The notes under the pieces were generated by a model. The model searched no databases, was not told the DNA's origin, and saw only the letters and a list, made by a program, of their open reading frames with translations. Below, in pieces: positions 1 to 12,261 of a DNA stretch of 64,000 nucleotides (positions are counted from its first letter, which is position 1; each line of letters opens with the position of its first letter). This stretch comes from Anaerolineae bacterium (GTDB lineage: Bacteria > Chloroflexota > Anaerolineae > DUEN01): NCBI GenBank assembly GCA_025060615.1, contig JANXBS010000004.1:5400-69399 (forward strand). Direction: 5' to 3'. The translations under genes were made by a program, and so were the position numbers.

Positions 1-562
1 GAAGGCGAGGGAAATCTATCGTGCGCGGATAGGCACTGGCGCCGGCCACGATCAGCTTGGGCCGATGTTCACGAGCCAGGCGTTCAATGTCATCATAATC
101 GAGCTGCTCGGTCTCCGGATGGACGCCATAGTGGATGAAACGATAGAGCTGGCCTGACGCATTCAACCGGGAGCCATGGGTGAGATGGCCACCATGATCT
201 AGTTTCATCGCTAGTACCGTATCGCCAGGCTCTAGCAGTGCCAGATAAGCTGCCAGATTGGCCTGCGCGCCGGCATGGGGTTGCACGTTGACATGCTCTG
301 CGCCGAAAAGCCGCTTGGCGCGCTCAATGGCAAGCTGCTCAATCTCGTCTATGAACTCGCAGCCACCGTAATAACGGCGTCCTGGGAGCCCTTCGGCATA
401 CTTGTTGGTCAACACCGAACCGGTCGCTGCCAGCACAGCCGGGCTGACATAGTTCTCGCTGGCGATCAACTCGATCCCATCCGTCTGCCGACGACGCTCA
501 TCCTCGATGAGCGCAAACACCTCGGGATCTTCCATTTGCAGCACAGCCCTGGGATCGGGCAT
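1..562 (-). CDS. glyA: Serine hydroxymethyltransferase (partial, runs off window start)
   Basis: Manual translation: [40 protein letters not shown]...[17 protein letters not shown]...[13 protein letters not shown]...GGHLTHG...LIVAGASAY. These are hallmark SHMT motifs. Not in the ORF track because it is truncated. Confidence 0.96.
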   Translation of the reverse strand, partial: MPDPRAVLQMEDPEVFALIEDERRRQTDGIELIASENYVSPAVLAATGSVLTNKYAEGLPGRRYYGGCEFIDEIEQLAIERAKRLFGAEHVNVQPHAGAQANLAAYLALLEPGDTVLAMKLDHGGHLTHGSRLNASGQLYRFIHYGVHPETEQLDYDDIERLAREHRPKLIVAGASAYPRTIDFPRL

Positions 563-672
563 CTCTGTCCAAGGACGAAATCCATTCGTTCCCCTTATAG
601 TCGTCCATGTCAACGTAGAGAGCTCTTTCATTTACAGCCCCCTATTGGTATTGCATCTGCAGAGGTCTAGGA

Positions 673-1998
673 TTAGGGATGTTCCAGGTCGTAAATGACT
701 AGGCCAGAAGGCAACTTCGGATAGAAAAAGGTAGCCTTGGGAGGAGCCACTTGTCCTGCCTCAGCCACGGCCCGCAATTGGCTAAGACGCGGCGGGGTGA
801 CCAAGAAGACAGCCTGATAGCGCCCATGGCGCACACCGGCGAGGGCCCGCTGGGCATCGGGCTCGAAGTCAATGAATGGATATTGTTCATGGCTTTCCCG
901 TCCGATTCCCAAGATCGGCCCCAGCACCAGCGTTTGTAACGCGGTCACATCCCAATCAGCCACGGCCGGATGATCCTGTGCGAACAGGAGGCTCAAGGTA
1001 GCCGCGTTGGACCGCAGACGCAACAGGTAGCCGCCCGGCCGATCGGCCAAGACCAGGCCGAGGACGCGATGGGCACGCGTCGCCCTGCCCATCTCCGTCA
1101 GCAGATCAGCCTCTACGGCAAAGTGAATGAGCTCGAAGTGGCGTTCCAACTCCCGGAGCAGCCGATCGGGGTCGAATCCCGGCACATCATGTAGACAGCG
1201 ATGGGTGGGCAGAATGGTCAGCCCGGGATCTTCCATGGCTACCGCGTAGATTAGGACGTAGTTATATGGTGCCTCACTGGAATCGCCGTCCTCGCCCATC
1301 TCCTGACGCTGGTATGCCAGCGCTGTCTCATAGCGATGATGGCCATCGGCTACATAAAGTATGCGCTCAGCCATCGCCGCACAGGCTTGCGCGATGGCCT
1401 CGACATCGGTGATCACCCATAGGCGATGGGTGATCTCAGGCTCCTCAGCGACGGCGCTAGGGGTTGCAGGCCGCGCGGCCAACAGAGGAGCCAACACCTC
1501 TCCCAACGGATCGCTGTAGAGCAGGAAGACAGGGTTAAACTCAGCACGGGTTGCCATCAACAGCGCCAGCCTATCCGCTTTGGCGTGGGGGAAGGTTCGC
1601 TCATGGGGCAGCACCCCTTCGCCCCAAGGGACCAGGCGCAACCGGCCGATCAGCCCCGTGCGCGTGAGCTGTGGCCCCCCTGGCAATCGAAAGCACTGCT
1701 CTAGCACATACAGCGCCGGCGCCGCTTCCTGGATGAGGATCCCCTCTCGCTGCCATTGCCGGAATCGCTCAGCCGCTCGCGTATATCGCTCCAGACCCAT
1801 TGTCTCATCAGGCAAGTCAATCTGCACGATATTGTGAGGGTGAAGCCGCATCAGAGCCTGCCGCTGTTCGGCTGAGATCACGTCATAAGGGGGGGATAAG
1901 CGCGATATCAAGTTCTCCGTAGCAGGCACGGCAAAACGCCAACCACGGAAAGGGGCCAACATGATTGGTGCCCGTCCTTTCATTGGACACTCGCGCAT
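673..1998 (-). CDS. DUF1015 family protein (ParB/Srx-like fold)
   Basis: PPYDVIS, PHERTF, LYVADGHHRYETA and PPKATFFYPKLPSGL motifs typical of DUF1015. The start could be 1983. Confidence 0.88.
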   Translation of the reverse strand: MRECPMKGRAPIMLAPFRGWRFAVPATENLISRLSPPYDVISAEQRQALMRLHPHNIVQIDLPDETMGLERYTRAAERFRQWQREGILIQEAAPALYVLEQCFRLPGGPQLTRTGLIGRLRLVPWGEGVLPHERTFPHAKADRLALLMATRAEFNPVFLLYSDPLGEVLAPLLAARPATPSAVAEEPEITHRLWVITDVEAIAQACAAMAERILYVADGHHRYETALAYQRQEMGEDGDSSEAPYNYVLIYAVAMEDPGLTILPTHRCLHDVPGFDPDRLLRELERHFELIHFAVEADLLTEMGRATRAHRVLGLVLADRPGGYLLRLRSNAATLSLLFAQDHPAVADWDVTALQTLVLGPILGIGRESHEQYPFIDFEPDAQRALAGVRHGRYQAVFLVTPPRLSQLRAVAEAGQVAPPKATFFYPKLPSGLVIYDLEHP

Positions 1999-2006
1999 CC
2001 TGGTGG

Positions 2007-3206
2007 TTACCTTGGTAGCCAGTCGTCAACCGGTTGACCCACCACGTGGGTGAGCTTGCGGTGAAGGGCTTGATATCCCTGTTCAGCCTGTTCCGGTGTC
2101 GGCAAGGAAGCCTCATCAGGCTTATCAGACAGAGCCAAGAGCAGCACACCTCGTCGATTCAGCCATCGCATTGCCGTCATGATCTCCCCGGTGAGGCAGA
2201 TCTCCTCGTTCAGACGTTGCTCCAAGGGCGCGTGATCCGGCAGATTGGCCATCCGTGAGATAGTCGCCAAGTATTCCTGGCGGCGAAACGCCTTGAAAGG
2301 CGTAGGATCACCAGACTGAAAGCGAGCGTAGATAGCTCGATGTAGGTCGATCAAGCAAACGTTCGTCTCACGGCATAGCCGCACATCCATCCAGCGGATG
2401 AACTGCTCGAAGTTCACCATATGTCCTTCGGCGATATCCTGCTTCAGCGCGTCTAAGGTACACATGCCTGCTCCGATCATCAAGCAAATGTAGGCCAGAT
2501 AGTCCTGATTATCGGCGGTGAAGGCATGGTAATCAGGTTGATTGAGCTCGCGGTACGCCGTTCGGAACGCTGTCAGGTCCAGATGCTCTCCCAACACTTG
2601 CTTTACGACGAGCTCAGCCCCCTCCATGCGCGCGCAGTCAATGGGCGTCGCATTGCGGCCGCGCGCCCCCAGCGCAGTTTTGTCAATGTCCACCACTACA
2701 GCAGTCGTCTCGTCGAGGCAGGCTTCCTGCTGATTGAGAAGCCAGTTTAGCCACTCAGCTATGGCGGCCCAGCGGTTGGCCAGCGTGATCCCATCCGCCT
2801 GATGCTCAATCTTGGGCGGAGCGGCCAATTGCTCGTTGGCGATGAATGCCCATCCCTGCCAGCCAGTGACTTGGACGAGGTTACGAAAGGCTGTACTATC
2901 GAGCAAAGCCGTGTCTCCCAGATACAACAGCTCCTGCAGGGGCTGCTGTACACCACGCATCTCTTGTGCAAGCCGTAACAGCCAGCCAACCGCCTGGGCA
3001 TAAGTGAGTTCGTGCTTGCGCGGCAACTGACTGTTCGGCAATCCCATCTCGTGCCAGGCTTCTTGGAACGAGGGCAATCGGCGGTCCACCGGCTCAAGCC
3101 GCCGGTACAGCACTAGATCGCCGAGCAGATCTGATAAGGCTCCAAGCCCCCGATTCTCCAACACCGGGGCTTCCAAGTACATCATGGTATTTACTTGCCT
3201 AGACAT
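2007..3206 (-). CDS. Hypothetical protein, HAD-superfamily-like (apparently circularly permuted)
   Basis: 399-aa ORF overlapping the asd stop by 8 bp. Contains LYLGDTALLD, VVVDIDKT and LLLALSDKP. Confidence 0.7.
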   Translation of the reverse strand: MSRQVNTMMYLEAPVLENRGLGALSDLLGDLVLYRRLEPVDRRLPSFQEAWHEMGLPNSQLPRKHELTYAQAVGWLLRLAQEMRGVQQPLQELLYLGDTALLDSTAFRNLVQVTGWQGWAFIANEQLAAPPKIEHQADGITLANRWAAIAEWLNWLLNQQEACLDETTAVVVDIDKTALGARGRNATPIDCARMEGAELVVKQVLGEHLDLTAFRTAYRELNQPDYHAFTADNQDYLAYICLMIGAGMCTLDALKQDIAEGHMVNFEQFIRWMDVRLCRETNVCLIDLHRAIYARFQSGDPTPFKAFRRQEYLATISRMANLPDHAPLEQRLNEEICLTGEIMTAMRWLNRRGVLLLALSDKPDEASLPTPEQAEQGYQALHRKLTHVVGQPVDDWLPR

Positions 3207-4290
3207 GCGCCTTCGCTCGCTCTGCTGTCATTTGGGGGACAATCCAACCTTGGGCTACCAATAGCTCGGCGTTCAGAAGCGCGCCGCCAGCGGCGCCTCG
3301 GATCGTATTATGTCCCAACACTACAAACTTCCAGTCCAGCAAGGGACAGGGGCGAATGCGCCCCACCACCGTCGCCATGCCTGGCACACTGCCCGCTAGC
3401 CGATCCACACGGGGCTGTGGCCGGTCTATCTCTTCACGGATGAGAATTGGCGGCTGAGGCGCATGGGGTAATCCCAGCTTCTGGGGCAGCCCCTGGAACG
3501 ACCGCAGCGCCTCGATGATATCATCCCGGCTGGCCCGGCGCTGCAGCGCGATGGAGACGCATTCGGTGTGTCCATTGCGCACGGCCACGCGGTTGCAATG
3601 CGCGCTGACTTGGAACGAAGCCATCTCCACGTGGTCGCCGGCCAGACGGCCCAATAGCTTGCGCGGCTCGCTCTCGACTTTCTCCTCTTCACCGCTGATG
3701 TAGGGGATCACATTATCCAGAATGTCCAGCGAGGGGACGCCAGGGTATCCTGCCCCCGAGATGGCCTGCATACTCACCATAAACACCTTTTCCAGACCGA
3801 ACGCATCGTGCAATGGCTTGAGCGCGCTCACCAGATGGGTGGTGGTGCAGTTTGGATTGGTAACGATGAAGCCGCGCCAGCCGCGACGGCGACGCTGCAC
3901 CTCGATCAAGGCCGTATGATCGGGATTGACTTCCGGGATGAGCAGAGGGATGTCTGGCTCCATCCGATAAGCAGAAGCGTTGGAACAGACGGCATATCCT
4001 GCCTCGGCGAAAGGCGGCTCCACCTCACGAGCGATGTTAGCCGGCAGAGCCGAAAAAACGAGATCACATGCCAGCCCTGGAGCACCATACTCCAACACCA
4101 TGTCGCGCACCGCCTCTGGCATATCGCCGCGCAAGATCCAGCGGCAAGCATCCGCATATCGCTTGCCCGCCGAGCGCTCCGATGCAGCCAGCACGGTGAT
4201 CTCGAACCAGGGATGTCCGACGAGCAACTGCACGAAGCGTTGTCCGACAGCTCCCGTTGCACCCAGAATGCCCACACGGATCTTTTCCAT
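3199..4290 (-). CDS. asd: Aspartate-semialdehyde dehydrogenase (archaeal/fungal type)
   Basis: MEKIRVGILGATGAVGQRF, NPNCTT catalytic Cys, SMQAISGAG, HNTIRGAAGG. Start reset to ATG 4290 behind an AGGAG RBS. Confidence 0.96.
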   Translation of the reverse strand: MEKIRVGILGATGAVGQRFVQLLVGHPWFEITVLAASERSAGKRYADACRWILRGDMPEAVRDMVLEYGAPGLACDLVFSALPANIAREVEPPFAEAGYAVCSNASAYRMEPDIPLLIPEVNPDHTALIEVQRRRRGWRGFIVTNPNCTTTHLVSALKPLHDAFGLEKVFMVSMQAISGAGYPGVPSLDILDNVIPYISGEEEKVESEPRKLLGRLAGDHVEMASFQVSAHCNRVAVRNGHTECVSIALQRRASRDDIIEALRSFQGLPQKLGLPHAPQPPILIREEIDRPQPRVDRLAGSVPGMATVVGRIRPCPLLDWKFVVLGHNTIRGAAGGALLNAELLVAQGWIVPQMTAERAKAHV

Positions 4291-4301
4291 ACGACTTCTC
4301 C

Positions 4302-5390
4302 TTACCTCATACACCGAGCTAAGGCCACAATATCCGATAACACCCCTGCGGCCGTGGCTTCCACCCCAGCTCCTCGTCCCTGCAGCACGAGCGGATCTGG
4401 CGTATACCATCGCGTGTGGAACTCGGCTAGGTTATCGCTGCCTCGCAGCCGGCCCAGCGGGCTGTCCACCGAGACAGGGCACAGGCCAACCACGCAGCGT
4501 CCTCCGGCGACTTCTGCCACATAACGCAGGGTCTGCCCTTTCCCTTGGGTGAATTGCATCCGATCGGCTAATTCCGCGTCGAACGCACGCAACCCGGCCA
4601 GAAACTCGTCTACCGTCCCCGATGCCAGGGATGGTGGGAACAGCGGCTCTACCGCTACGTCTGCTAATTCCAGATCCCAGTCTAGCATACGCGCCAAGAT
4701 CAAAGCCTTTCGGGCGACATCCAGCCCGCTCAGATCATCGCGCGGATCCGGTTCGGTATATCCCATCTCGTGCGCCTGATGCACCGCCACCGAAAACGGG
4801 CATCCTGACTCCAGCTGAGTCATCAGAAAACCCAGCGTGCCAGAGAGCGCCCCGGCGATACGCTTCACCTCGTCGCCGCTGCGGAGAAGAGCCTCTAGGG
4901 TGGCGATGATTGGCGTCCCCGCCCCGACGGTGGCCTCATGTCGCAGCCGTCCCGACGCAGTCAGCCGGCGAAATAAGGCCATTGGCCCCGTCAGCGGCTT
5001 CTTGTTGGCCAGCACCACGCCATAGCCGCGATCCAGCGCCATCTCCAACGCCGGTATCACCGCCTCGGTCGCCGTGCAATCCACCACGATCGCCCGGTCG
5101 CGGCCTGCCACGTCCACGATCGCGCGAGCGTCGGAGGCGTAATACCCATATGGCGTCTCCGCCAGCGGCGTGCCTTGTGCTTTGTGCTGTTCGATGAGCT
5201 GCAGCGTCTCATCGCTCAGGCCATTTGGCTCGACCACAGCCCCTTGGCTATCGGCCAACGCCACAATGGACAGATGTACCCCGTACCGTTCCGTGTGCAG
5301 CCGACGGTTGGCGATCATTTGTCGCAACAACGCCCGGCCCACCCCGCCGACGCCTAGGACGATGAGAGGTACGATATGCGCCGCGGCCAC
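4302..5390 (-). CDS. hom: Homoserine dehydrogenase (no ACT domain)
   Basis: GVGGVG Rossmann motif, VDCTA, LANKKP, HEATVGAGTPI, SGTLGF, GYTEPDPRDDLSGLDVARK, GRGAG. Confidence 0.93.
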   Translation of the reverse strand: MAAAHIVPLIVLGVGGVGRALLRQMIANRRLHTERYGVHLSIVALADSQGAVVEPNGLSDETLQLIEQHKAQGTPLAETPYGYYASDARAIVDVAGRDRAIVVDCTATEAVIPALEMALDRGYGVVLANKKPLTGPMALFRRLTASGRLRHEATVGAGTPIIATLEALLRSGDEVKRIAGALSGTLGFLMTQLESGCPFSVAVHQAHEMGYTEPDPRDDLSGLDVARKALILARMLDWDLELADVAVEPLFPPSLASGTVDEFLAGLRAFDAELADRMQFTQGKGQTLRYVAEVAGGRCVVGLCPVSVDSPLGRLRGSDNLAEFHTRWYTPDPLVLQGRGAGVEATAAGVLSDIVALARCMR

Positions 5391-5423
5391 TCAACTCCCC
5401 CCATCCGCAAGTCGCTCTGACAA

Positions 5424-5472
5424 CAAAGGGGAACTGCAGGACTCCCTTCGAGGCCTTCTCAGTTCCCCTTTG
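5424..5472 (-). terminator. 13-bp perfect inverted repeat between aspartokinase and hom
   Basis: caaaggggaactg ... cagttcccctttg, followed by a weak T-tract (tttgttgt) on the minus strand. Confidence 0.5.
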
Positions 5473-5585
5473 AGCGGTGCCATCTCTGACAAAGTTTGTA
5501 CGGGCGCTTACCGTAGCCCACTGGCGGACAGTGCGAATCTTCGCCGATTCAAGCCAAATTTACAGGCTACATGATACCCGTGGCA

Positions 5586-6992
5586 TCATCCCTTGTCAAG
5601 TCCGAACGCGGCATGGATGCGGCGCACAGCTTCATCGCTGTCTCCCTGAGCAACGACCAGCGAGATGTTCGCCTCTGAAGACCCTTGGGCGATGGCGATG
5701 ACGTTGATGCCGGCATCCCCCAGCGCACCGAAGACCTTGGCAGCGATCCCCGGCGTGCCCTTCATGGCCGAGCCTACCACAGCTACGATAACGATGCCGT
5801 CCTCGCCGTGAATGGAGTCAATGAGCCGGCGCTCTAGCTCATAGGCCATCGCCTGACGCAGCGCTTCAAGGACACGTGCAGTATCTGCCTGGGGGATCAC
5901 AAAGCAGATGCTCTGCTCCGAGGAGGACTGCGAGATCATCAAAACGTTGGCGCCGACGCTCGCCACCGCTTGGAAGGTGCGCGCAGCGATGCCAGGGACG
6001 CCGATCATGCCCCGTCCCTCTACCGTCACCAAAGTCAGCCCCTTGATAGCGGTGATCGCCTTGACGACGTGCCCTGTGTTGTCAGCCTTGCGCACGATGC
6101 GGGTGCCCGGGTGGTCGGGATTGAACGTGTTGAGCACGTAAATCGGGATGTCCTGTTCGACAGCTGGCAAGATCGTCTTAGGGTGCAGCACCTTCGCGCC
6201 GAAGTAGGCTAGCTCAGCCGCCTCGGCATAGGAGAGCTGGGGCAACGTACGCGCTGTGGGGACGATGCGCGGGTCGGCGGTGAGTACCCCGTCCACATCC
6301 GTCCAGATCTCCACACGCTCGGCGTCCAAACAAGCTCCGACGATAGCCGCCGAGTAGTCAGAGCCGCCGCGCCCCAACGTGGTGGTGATCCCGTTTTGGG
6401 TCGCTCCGATAAAGCCCGTGACCACCGGCACCACGCCTTGCTCAATGAGGGGCAGAAGCCGCTCACGCGTGCGTTGGCGTGTAGGTTCCATCAGGGGGTT
6501 CGCGCTGCCGAAATGATCATCGGTGACGATGAACTCGCTGGCATCTACAGGTTCGGCTGGGATGCCGCGGGCATTCAACACGGCAGCCAGCAAGGGGGCG
6601 GCCAGGCGTTCGCCCAGGCTAGAGACCACGTCCAGGCCACGCGCCGTCAACTCGCCCAGGACGGCGATGCTGTGGCAGAGCTGCTCGAAGGTTGCCAGCT
6701 TCTCTTCGAACAGCCGTCCTAGCGCGGCGCGAGCCACGCCATCGGGCACGAGCTGGCCGGCCACCATTTGATGCCTAGCCAGCAACTCCGAGCGCACATC
6801 CCGATACACCTGCTCGTTCCCCTCGGCGGCGGCCTTGGCGGCCGCGATCAGGGAATTCGTAACGCCACTCATCGCTGAGGTCACCACCACCGTTTGTGGG
6901 TCCTGAGCGCGCGCCCGTTCGATGATGCTGGCAACGCGGGCGAAGGCATCGGCGTTCCCAACGGACGTCCCACCGAATTTCAAAACTCGCAT
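5586..6992 (-). CDS. lysC: Aspartate kinase with two ACT domains
   Basis: MRVLKFGGTSVG, VTSAMSGVTN, TTLGRGGSDYSA, IWTDVDGVLTADPR, YFGAKVLHP, and two C-terminal ACT repeats. Confidence 0.93.
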   Translation of the reverse strand: MRVLKFGGTSVGNADAFARVASIIERARAQDPQTVVVTSAMSGVTNSLIAAAKAAAEGNEQVYRDVRSELLARHQMVAGQLVPDGVARAALGRLFEEKLATFEQLCHSIAVLGELTARGLDVVSSLGERLAAPLLAAVLNARGIPAEPVDASEFIVTDDHFGSANPLMEPTRQRTRERLLPLIEQGVVPVVTGFIGATQNGITTTLGRGGSDYSAAIVGACLDAERVEIWTDVDGVLTADPRIVPTARTLPQLSYAEAAELAYFGAKVLHPKTILPAVEQDIPIYVLNTFNPDHPGTRIVRKADNTGHVVKAITAIKGLTLVTVEGRGMIGVPGIAARTFQAVASVGANVLMISQSSSEQSICFVIPQADTARVLEALRQAMAYELERRLIDSIHGEDGIVIVAVVGSAMKGTPGIAAKVFGALGDAGINVIAIAQGSSEANISLVVAQGDSDEAVRRIHAAFGLDKG

Positions 6993-7065
6993 GTATGCCT
7001 CCCCAATGGAATTGCTTATAACCTACAGGCAGCTCTACAGTGAACCGCAGATGACTTTGAACTCC

Positions 7066-7200
7066 ATCCCCATAGCCCCCTTCCCCTAATTTGAGGAAGG
7101 GAGGTCCTTTTTACTAGGGGGGTCTTGCGACGGCTACGCCGTTGCAAAAATCCCTCCACAAGGAAACCCCGTCCCCGCATATGGGGCGGGGCCAGGGATG
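7066..7200. repeat. REP-like cluster of GC-rich palindromes
   Basis: Three adjacent imperfect hairpins: cccttcccctaatttgaggaaggg; ttgcgacggc-tac-gccgttgcaa; ccccgtcccc-gcatat-ggggcgggg. Confidence 0.55.
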
Positions 7201-7217
7201 AGAGCAAACACTTAGCT

Positions 7218-7838
7218 TTATCTTCCCTGTATGGAACTGTTTTTCTCGATCACCATGATCGCAACAGTGGCTAACAGGTTCTTCCATTTTCGCCAGGGCG
7301 ATACCCGCCCCCAATCGTTGAGGTAGACCTGATGCTTAATGTGAATGCCCTCGGCGCGACAGAAGTCGCCGAAGTCGCGCACGGTGAGCGGGCGCACGCG
7401 CGGCGAAGCATACCACGGCTGCGGTAGCGCCGGCGCGACAGGCATCCGGCCGGTGAGAAGCAAGCTCAGCCGACACCGCCAATGCCCCCAGTTGGGGAAA
7501 CTGACGATCCCCTGCCGGCCAACGCGCAGCATCTCATGCAGGATCAGCGCCGGGGCATCGAGATAGGGCAAAGTCTGGCTGAGGATGACGACATCGAACT
7601 GGCCATCCGGATAATCGGCCAGCCCTTCGTCTAGGTCCCCTTGGACAACGGAAAGGCCGCGGGCCACGCAGGTGCGTACTCCTGCTTCGGACAGCTCAAT
7701 CCCACGGCCATGCACTTGTTTGTGGTCAATCAGATAGCGTAGGAGCGTGCCGTCCCCGCATCCCAGGTCGAGCACGCGGGCTCCTACCGGCACCAGCTCG
7801 GCGATGGCTTGCAGATCGGGGCGCAAAGGCTCAGCCAC
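7218..7838 (-). CDS. metW: Methionine biosynthesis protein MetW
   Basis: LRPDLQAI, VLDLGCGDG, VILSQTL, IVSFPNWGHWRCR; lies directly downstream of metX. Confidence 0.93.
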   Translation of the reverse strand: MAEPLRPDLQAIAELVPVGARVLDLGCGDGTLLRYLIDHKQVHGRGIELSEAGVRTCVARGLSVVQGDLDEGLADYPDGQFDVVILSQTLPYLDAPALILHEMLRVGRQGIVSFPNWGHWRCRLSLLLTGRMPVAPALPQPWYASPRVRPLTVRDFGDFCRAEGIHIKHQVYLNDWGRVSPWRKWKNLLATVAIMVIEKNSSIQGR

Positions 7839-7859
7839 GATGAGATCACCCCTTGTAGA

Positions 7860-9065
7860 TCAGGAGCGCACAGGCTCCGCACACACTGCGATCCCTTCCT
7901 CTCGGCAGACCCGGGCCAAGAAGTCCCTTACCAGCTCGGTGAGCGTGTCCACCTCCAACAGGAAGGCGTCATGTCCGTAGTCAGAATCCACATCACAGTA
8001 GGTGACGTCCGCGCCGACAGCCTTGAGCGCGCTTACAATCTCACGCGACTGGTACGACGGGTACAGCCAGTCAGAGGTGAACGACACCACCAGGAAGCGC
8101 ACCTTCGCCGCCGGCTGGAAGGCTCTGACCAGGTTGCCGTTGCCATTGGTCAGGTCGAAGTAGTCCATCGCCTTGGTAATGTAAAGATAGCTGTTCGCGT
8201 CGAAGCGTTTGATGAAGTTCTCACCATGGTACTGCAGGTAGCTTTCCACTTCGAACTCGACGGAGAAGTCATAGCCATACTTCTCGCGGTTGCGCAGCCG
8301 TCGCCCGAACTTGCGGTGCATAGACTTATCGCTGAGGTAGGTGATATGGCCGATCATGCGCGCCAAGGCCAGCCCGGCGTTCGGCCGAGGCCCATCATAA
8401 TAATCGCCTTGGTTCCAGTTAGGATCGCGATAAATCGCCTGTCGTCCCACCTCGTTTAGGGCGATGCATTGGGGGGACAGACGAGCCGTGGCAGCCAGCG
8501 AAATACAGGAACGAACGCGCTCGGGATAGCTCACCGCCCACTGGAGGGCCTGCATCCCTCCCATAGAGCCGCCAACCACGGTCAGGAGCTTGTCTATGCC
8601 CAAGTGGTCTATCAAATGCCGCTGCGCGTTCACCATGTCGCCAATGGTGACGACCGGGAAGCTAAGGCCGTATGGTTTGCCCGTCTTGGGGTTGATGCTC
8701 GAAGGTCCTGTGCTGCCCTTACAACCCCCGATCACGTTGGAGCAGATCACCCAGTAGCGGTTTGTGTCGAACATTTTGCCCGGGCCGATGGCGTTATGCC
8801 ACCAACCCGGCTTGCGGTCTTCAGGCGTGTGATAGCCGGCCGCATGCGCGTCACCGGAAAGGGCATGTAGGATCAAAATGGCATTGGAGCGGTCCGCATT
8901 GGGATGACCATAGGTCTCATAAGCCAGGGTGATCGGCCCTAACTTCTCGCCGCTTTCTAAAATCAGCTCGTTGGGCGGCTCAGCGAAGGTGAAGTATTGC
9001 GTCTCGACCAGGCCGATTGTGCCCGGCGCTCCGAAACCGTTGTCAGGCAGTGAATTGCTGCTCAT
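7860..9065 (-). CDS. metX: Homoserine O-acetyltransferase
   Basis: [32 protein letters not shown] nucleophile, [18 protein letters not shown]. Alternative GTG start at 9077. Confidence 0.96.
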   Translation of the reverse strand: MSSNSLPDNGFGAPGTIGLVETQYFTFAEPPNELILESGEKLGPITLAYETYGHPNADRSNAILILHALSGDAHAAGYHTPEDRKPGWWHNAIGPGKMFDTNRYWVICSNVIGGCKGSTGPSSINPKTGKPYGLSFPVVTIGDMVNAQRHLIDHLGIDKLLTVVGGSMGGMQALQWAVSYPERVRSCISLAATARLSPQCIALNEVGRQAIYRDPNWNQGDYYDGPRPNAGLALARMIGHITYLSDKSMHRKFGRRLRNREKYGYDFSVEFEVESYLQYHGENFIKRFDANSYLYITKAMDYFDLTNGNGNLVRAFQPAAKVRFLVVSFTSDWLYPSYQSREIVSALKAVGADVTYCDVDSDYGHDAFLLEVDTLTELVRDFLARVCREEGIAVCAEPVRS

Positions 9066-9142
9066 ACCGACTCCCACTCCCTCTGGTGTGAACGCCTTTC
9101 TCCCCAGTAGTCTCTCATTTTATCGCCTTTTCCTGCCAGAGC

Positions 9143-9292
9143 GAGATGGCGTGAAGGCGAAACCCTTTTACGGTTCTAGCCCCTCCCCTACCTACGCCCG
9201 GCCTTATTCAGCAGATAGAAAGCCGAGATCGGCCGGGAGGAGGCTGAAAAAGGGTTCCTCTGGAGAAGGCGTTTGCCTCTTCACGCCATCTC
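9143..9292. repeat. Nested inverted-repeat element (copy 1 of a dispersed repeat)
   Basis: gagatggcgtgaag (9143) pairs with cttcacgccatctc (9279). Inner pairs aaccctttt/aaaagggtt and ccggcc/ggccgg. The core resembles 20372-20455. Confidence 0.7.
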
Positions 9293-9383
9293 CTCCGGGA
9301 CACCTGTCCCCTCTTGAGGACCACCAGTAGGAGAAGCTCAGGGAAAACCTCATGACCTTAGGTTAACGCGAGGGAACGCCGGA

Positions 9384-11055
<1,672 letters not shown>

Positions 11056-11084
11056 CGCTTGCGGAATATTCAATTGTTGGAGTG

Positions 11085-11113
11085 AGTGTAGCATAATCGA
11101 GGAGTGCTGTCAA
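11085..11113 (-). promoter_or_regulatory. Sigma70-type promoter of the met operon
   Basis: TTGACA-17 bp-TACACT with a TG extended -10, about 30 nt upstream of the aptamer. Confidence 0.75.
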
Positions 11114-11145
11114 ATCGAACCAGATCAGGAATTGTGTCAGGCGGC

Positions 11146-12257
<1,112 letters not shown>

Positions 12258-12261
<4 letters not shown>

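Noticed and set aside
275..670. Plus-strand 131-aa ORF
   Set aside because: It is antisense to glyA, which clearly occupies the minus strand.
3808..4552. Long plus-strand ORFs opposite asd (similarly 7809-8459, 28174-28782, 30639-31286, 40169-40855)
   Set aside because: Stop-poor antisense frames are expected in GC-rich genes; no motifs or RBS.
5473..5585. T-box riboswitch before hom (tggcacc followed by a hairpin on the minus strand)
   Set aside because: No recognisable Stem I/specifier loop, and the antiterminator helices cannot be formed.
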